A DNA stretch of 64,000 bases, from the sequence record PQ818763; one strand, given 5' to 3'. The notes beneath the pieces are model-generated. The model made no database searches and was not told the DNA's origin. It saw only the letters and a program-made list of their open reading frames with translations. Below are positions 61,182-64,000 of the stretch, piece after piece (within the stretch, counting starts at the first letter, position 1; each line of letters starts with the position of its first letter). The translations under genes and the position numbers were made by a program. This stretch comes from Shigella phage ShigP1.

Positions 61182-61446
61182 CTAAAGCTGTATCCAAAAA
61201 TGCTTTCAGGTTTGCTTCGGTTTGCATACCAGAGAGGCTATAGTGTGCACCACTGTTACGGTTAGGTACAACGAAAGCAGGGATGCTACGAACCCCGTAC
61301 TTAACAGCTTGTTCACGACCATCACCTTCAAGGATGTTAATCTCTTCCACTTCTACATCAAACTCCTTAACAACCTTCTCAAAGGTAGGAGCCATTGCTT
61401 TACATGGAGCACACTGATCGCTATAAAACTTAATTACTTTAGACAT
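61171..61446 (-). CDS. thioredoxin-like protein
   Basis: CAPC active site and cis-Pro motif SIPAFVV; 91 aa. Confidence 0.6.
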   Translation of the reverse strand: MSKVIKFYSDQCAPCKAMAPTFEKVVKEFDVEVEEINILEGDGREQAVKYGVRSIPAFVVPNRNSGAHYSLSGMQTEANLKAFLDTALGVN

Positions 61447-61695
61447 GTAAATCCTTATGCAGTCAGGAGGTGAAGCAGGAATGGGATAACAACAGCTACG
61501 ATAACCATGACAGTTGATGCTGTTTGAATCTCACCTTTCTTATCAGGAGTTTCTTCAATAAGCTTACCAGAAGCCCAATAAATACCACCACCAATAAAGA
61601 TAGCCCAAATACCCCATACGATTGCTGATAACATATATCTATATCCTTATAAATAAGTTCGCCCCACCTCGGGTTAGGAGACAGGGCGGAGGTTT

Positions 61696-62307
61696 TTAGT
61701 AAGACACGTCACCACTTGAATGGGACATGTTGCTCTTGACGAAGTAGCAATACTTGCCAAGACCTTCATTTATTTCTTGAAGCATACTCTGGTCAACTGG
61801 ATAAGTGGCTAAATCGCCATCAAACTCATCCATCTTCTCAATAATACACATCAATGTCATGCACATATCAGAGAGCATACCGTCCATGTCTAGATCAGCA
61901 TTACCCTCTGAGAACCAAGCATGAGATAGGTAGTTAGCTGCTGTAGCGTCCACTTTAACACAGTGGTAACGCATACGTTCAGCAATACGATCTCCTACTT
62001 GTCGTGCGTAATCTTCCAGCTCATCAAACATACCATGAACACCCTGAAATCCTGAACCAGAGACGTTCCAGTGGTAGTTTTTAGCTTTGATATGCAAGAG
62101 TTCCATGTTAGCTTGTAAGCAGCTCAGGATGTGTTCTAGGCTGTTTCCACTAATCATACCTTGCATCGTTTCAAGGCGAGAGATTGATAGGTCGGACCGG
62201 TCTAACATATTGTAGCTGTCACGACCAATCTCAGGTAAATCAAAGACATTCTTATGCATTTGGGTTTTCTCCATCAAGTTCAACTGAGTTAGCAACGTTA
62301 CGTGCAA
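61696..62307 (-). CDS. Dps-like ferritin-superfamily protein
   Basis: YHWNVSGSGFQGVHGMFDE and DRIAERM match the Dps ferroxidase-site pattern. Confidence 0.55.
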   Translation of the reverse strand: MHVTLLTQLNLMEKTQMHKNVFDLPEIGRDSYNMLDRSDLSISRLETMQGMISGNSLEHILSCLQANMELLHIKAKNYHWNVSGSGFQGVHGMFDELEDYARQVGDRIAERMRYHCVKVDATAANYLSHAWFSEGNADLDMDGMLSDMCMTLMCIIEKMDEFDGDLATYPVDQSMLQEINEGLGKYCYFVKSNMSHSSGDVSY

Positions 62308-62581
62308 TATTATCCATTACCTGCTGGGTAATTACGATGCAGTTCTGTGGGTCTACTGACTTAGAACGCCCCATTTCAGGGTCATACACCTTAACTCGCT
62401 TAGCAGTTGAACCTGTAACCTGAAGAACCTTCAACAGATACCCCTGATTACCAATAGACCAAGCAACAACATCACGATTCTTGATAAAGCGACCAAGCAT
62501 ATCACGATGATAAAACTGTTGCATCACCTTGGATTTTGTAATCTCTTCAGTGGGCGGGGCCACTTTACTCAAATCTAACAT
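62252..62581 (-). CDS. hypothetical protein (109 aa)
   Basis: ORF track only. Confidence 0.4.
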   Translation of the reverse strand: MLDLSKVAPPTEEITKSKVMQQFYHRDMLGRFIKNRDVVAWSIGNQGYLLKVLQVTGSTAKRVKVYDPEMGRSKSVDPQNCIVITQQVMDNIARNVANSVELDGENPNA

Positions 62582-62653
62582 AACTCTCTCCTGTAAAATA
62601 CAAATTCTTATTGTACTCTATATACATTTGAGAGTTATCATATCTACTACCAA

Positions 62654-62863
62654 TCAGTAGTAAATTACTTTAGACATAAAAGAACCAGTGTTAGGGTCTT
62701 CATACCAGCGATGTATGTCAGCGCTTTTTACTATTGTGCCCAGAGTCTTCAACTGTTTCTTAGCAATACGAGCCTCTTTGCGAGTGTCAAACAATTTGAT
62801 GTTATCTTTTCTCATGTGTTGCTCAAGATCCCAAACAACATGAATAGCCCACATCTTTTTCAT
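62654..62863 (-). CDS. small protein, paralog triplet 3 (C-terminal Y-Y)
   Basis: Basic, about 67 aa, ends VIYY; tandem with two similar ORFs. Confidence 0.45.
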   Translation of the reverse strand: MKKMWAIHVVWDLEQHMRKDNIKLFDTRKEARIAKKQLKTLGTIVKSADIHRWYEDPNTGSFMSKVIYY

Positions 62864-63072
62864 TAGTAATGTACCTTTCCGCTGATATAAACACGACCAG
62901 AAGAATACTCCTTGGCCTTATGGATGCTGATACTATTAACCACGTCACCAGTAAGCATAGTCTTTTTAAAATCTCGAGCTTGTTGACGAGTAGGGAGTGC
63001 AGTCATAGTCATACCACCTGATGCCCACTTAATCTTCGCTAACCAGAATTTTCTCATAGTGATTGGTCTCAT
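62863..63072 (-). CDS. small protein, paralog triplet 3
   Basis: About 69 aa, ends KVHY; overlapping start and stop. Confidence 0.45.
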   Translation of the reverse strand: MRPITMRKFWLAKIKWASGGMTMTALPTRQQARDFKKTMLTGDVVNSISIHKAKEYSSGRVYISGKVHY

Positions 63073-63269
63073 TAGTAATAAACCTTACTGTTGACACAAA
63101 AAGCACCTTCACTATTCACGATAGCTTTTCCTAGTGTAACCTTATTAAGTCTAAAAGTAGACTTGTATTGATTTTTGACCCTACGTGCGTGCTCTCGAGT
63201 CTTAACAAAATCTACAGCTACTAACTCTCCAGTCGTGTTATCATGTACACGAACAATCCACTTTTTCAT
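63072..63269 (-). CDS. small protein, paralog triplet 3
   Basis: About 65 aa, ends KVYY; overlapping start and stop. Confidence 0.45.
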   Translation of the reverse strand: MKKWIVRVHDNTTGELVAVDFVKTREHARRVKNQYKSTFRLNKVTLGKAIVNSEGAFCVNSKVYY

Positions 63270-63803
63270 TTACACACCTTTAGATGCAACCACACCTTCA
63301 GAGTTATTATAACGACCCTTCACTGCGTAGGAATGTTCCCCTGCATGAGAGTGCTCAAACATAACCATCTGACCAACACGCATACCAGCACGAACTCGTA
63401 AGCTGTGGTGCTTGGTTACGTTATGGAATTCAAATGTCAGCTTACTACTATTAAATCCTGCATCTGCCCAACCGGCGTGAAGGTGGTTCAAACCACAACG
63501 AGCCATAGACGAACGCAGAACAAACAGACTTGAGATGTTATCTGGAAGATTAAACTCCTCCATAGAGTGAGCCAAGAAGAACTGACCCGGAGTGATAACC
63601 AAACCCTCTTCAGGAATCTTTACTTCCTTCCACTGAAGATTCTCTTTCGCATCAATATCAACGATGCCATCAGCCTGTTCTTCAACAAGGATAGTATCAC
63701 CAATACGGATATCCACACTAGCAGCGTTAACATACTTATGCTCCGCATCCAGATAGCCATTGTCAATTACATCATGCAGTTCAATACTTCCTAGTAAACT
63801 CAT
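63270..63803 (-). CDS. dcd: dCTP deaminase / dUTPase-superfamily protein
   Basis: ASVD ... R ... GW ... G ... E spacing typical of the Dcd/Dut jelly-roll family; 177 aa. Confidence 0.6.
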   Translation of the reverse strand: MSLLGSIELHDVIDNGYLDAEHKYVNAASVDIRIGDTILVEEQADGIVDIDAKENLQWKEVKIPEEGLVITPGQFFLAHSMEEFNLPDNISSLFVLRSSMARCGLNHLHAGWADAGFNSSKLTFEFHNVTKHHSLRVRAGMRVGQMVMFEHSHAGEHSYAVKGRYNNSEGVVASKGV

Positions 63804-63812
63804 TCTTATTCC

Positions 63813-64000
63813 TTAGTTATTTGTTTCCATGTCAAAAGAGATTCCACGACCCGCTTCATCGGCAAACCGAACTGTACGGGTTTGAGGTTCTAATACTTCA
63901 GGGTTGTTAGCAATAAAGCGATCAGCGAGACTATCTCCCAAATCTTGTTCCATACCTTCATCAGTCCAGATAACACGAGAAGGGGCGTTGATATCACCAA
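63813..64000 (-). CDS. hypothetical protein, partial (N-terminus beyond window end)
   Basis: Hand translation open from 64000 to TAA at 63813-63815 (...RGISFDMETNN*). Confidence 0.35.
   Translation of the reverse strand, partial: GDINAPSRVIWTDEGMEQDLGDSLADRFIANNPEVLEPQTRTVRFADEAGRGISFDMETNN

Overview
The window reads as part of a virulent, tailed double-stranded DNA phage genome (no integrase or attachment sites seen), organised in three transcriptional blocks. Block 1 (1-15811, minus strand) is a run of small, mostly unassignable genes that includes a family of at least nine paralogous 63-85 aa proteins, one canonical tRNA-Arg(UCU) plus tRNA-like RNAs, a SleB/CwlJ-like cell-wall hydrolase, and a secreted collagen-like protein with a YadA-type C-terminal anchor. 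A 1.95 kb ORF-poor region (11976-13935) lies inside this block, and a ~780 bp repeat-rich region (15812-16594) separates it from block 2. Block 2 (16595-46587, plus strand) is the virion module: putative small and large terminase, portal, scaffold, major capsid protein with a candidate -1 frameshift into an Ig-like domain, two fibre proteins, GH24 endolysin, a lytic transglycosylase and large internal/tail proteins. Block 3 (46632-64000, minus strand) is the DNA metabolism module: a T7-like family A polymerase without an exonuclease domain, flap endonuclease, SSB-like protein, PhoH, ThyX, dCTP deaminase, thioredoxin, a Dps-like ferritin, an ECF-sigma-like protein and three HNH endonucleases. 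The strongest candidate for an undescribed system is the block-3 cluster 47054-50967, holding a TARG1/DarG-type macrodomain, a DUF2493/SLOG protein and a DUF2829 (Tad2-family-like) protein, all of which point to counter-defence. Two N-runs (9265-9359, 27743-27838) sit inside tandem coding repeats and break reading frames artificially. All functional calls rest on motifs read by eye from the translations; no database search was run.
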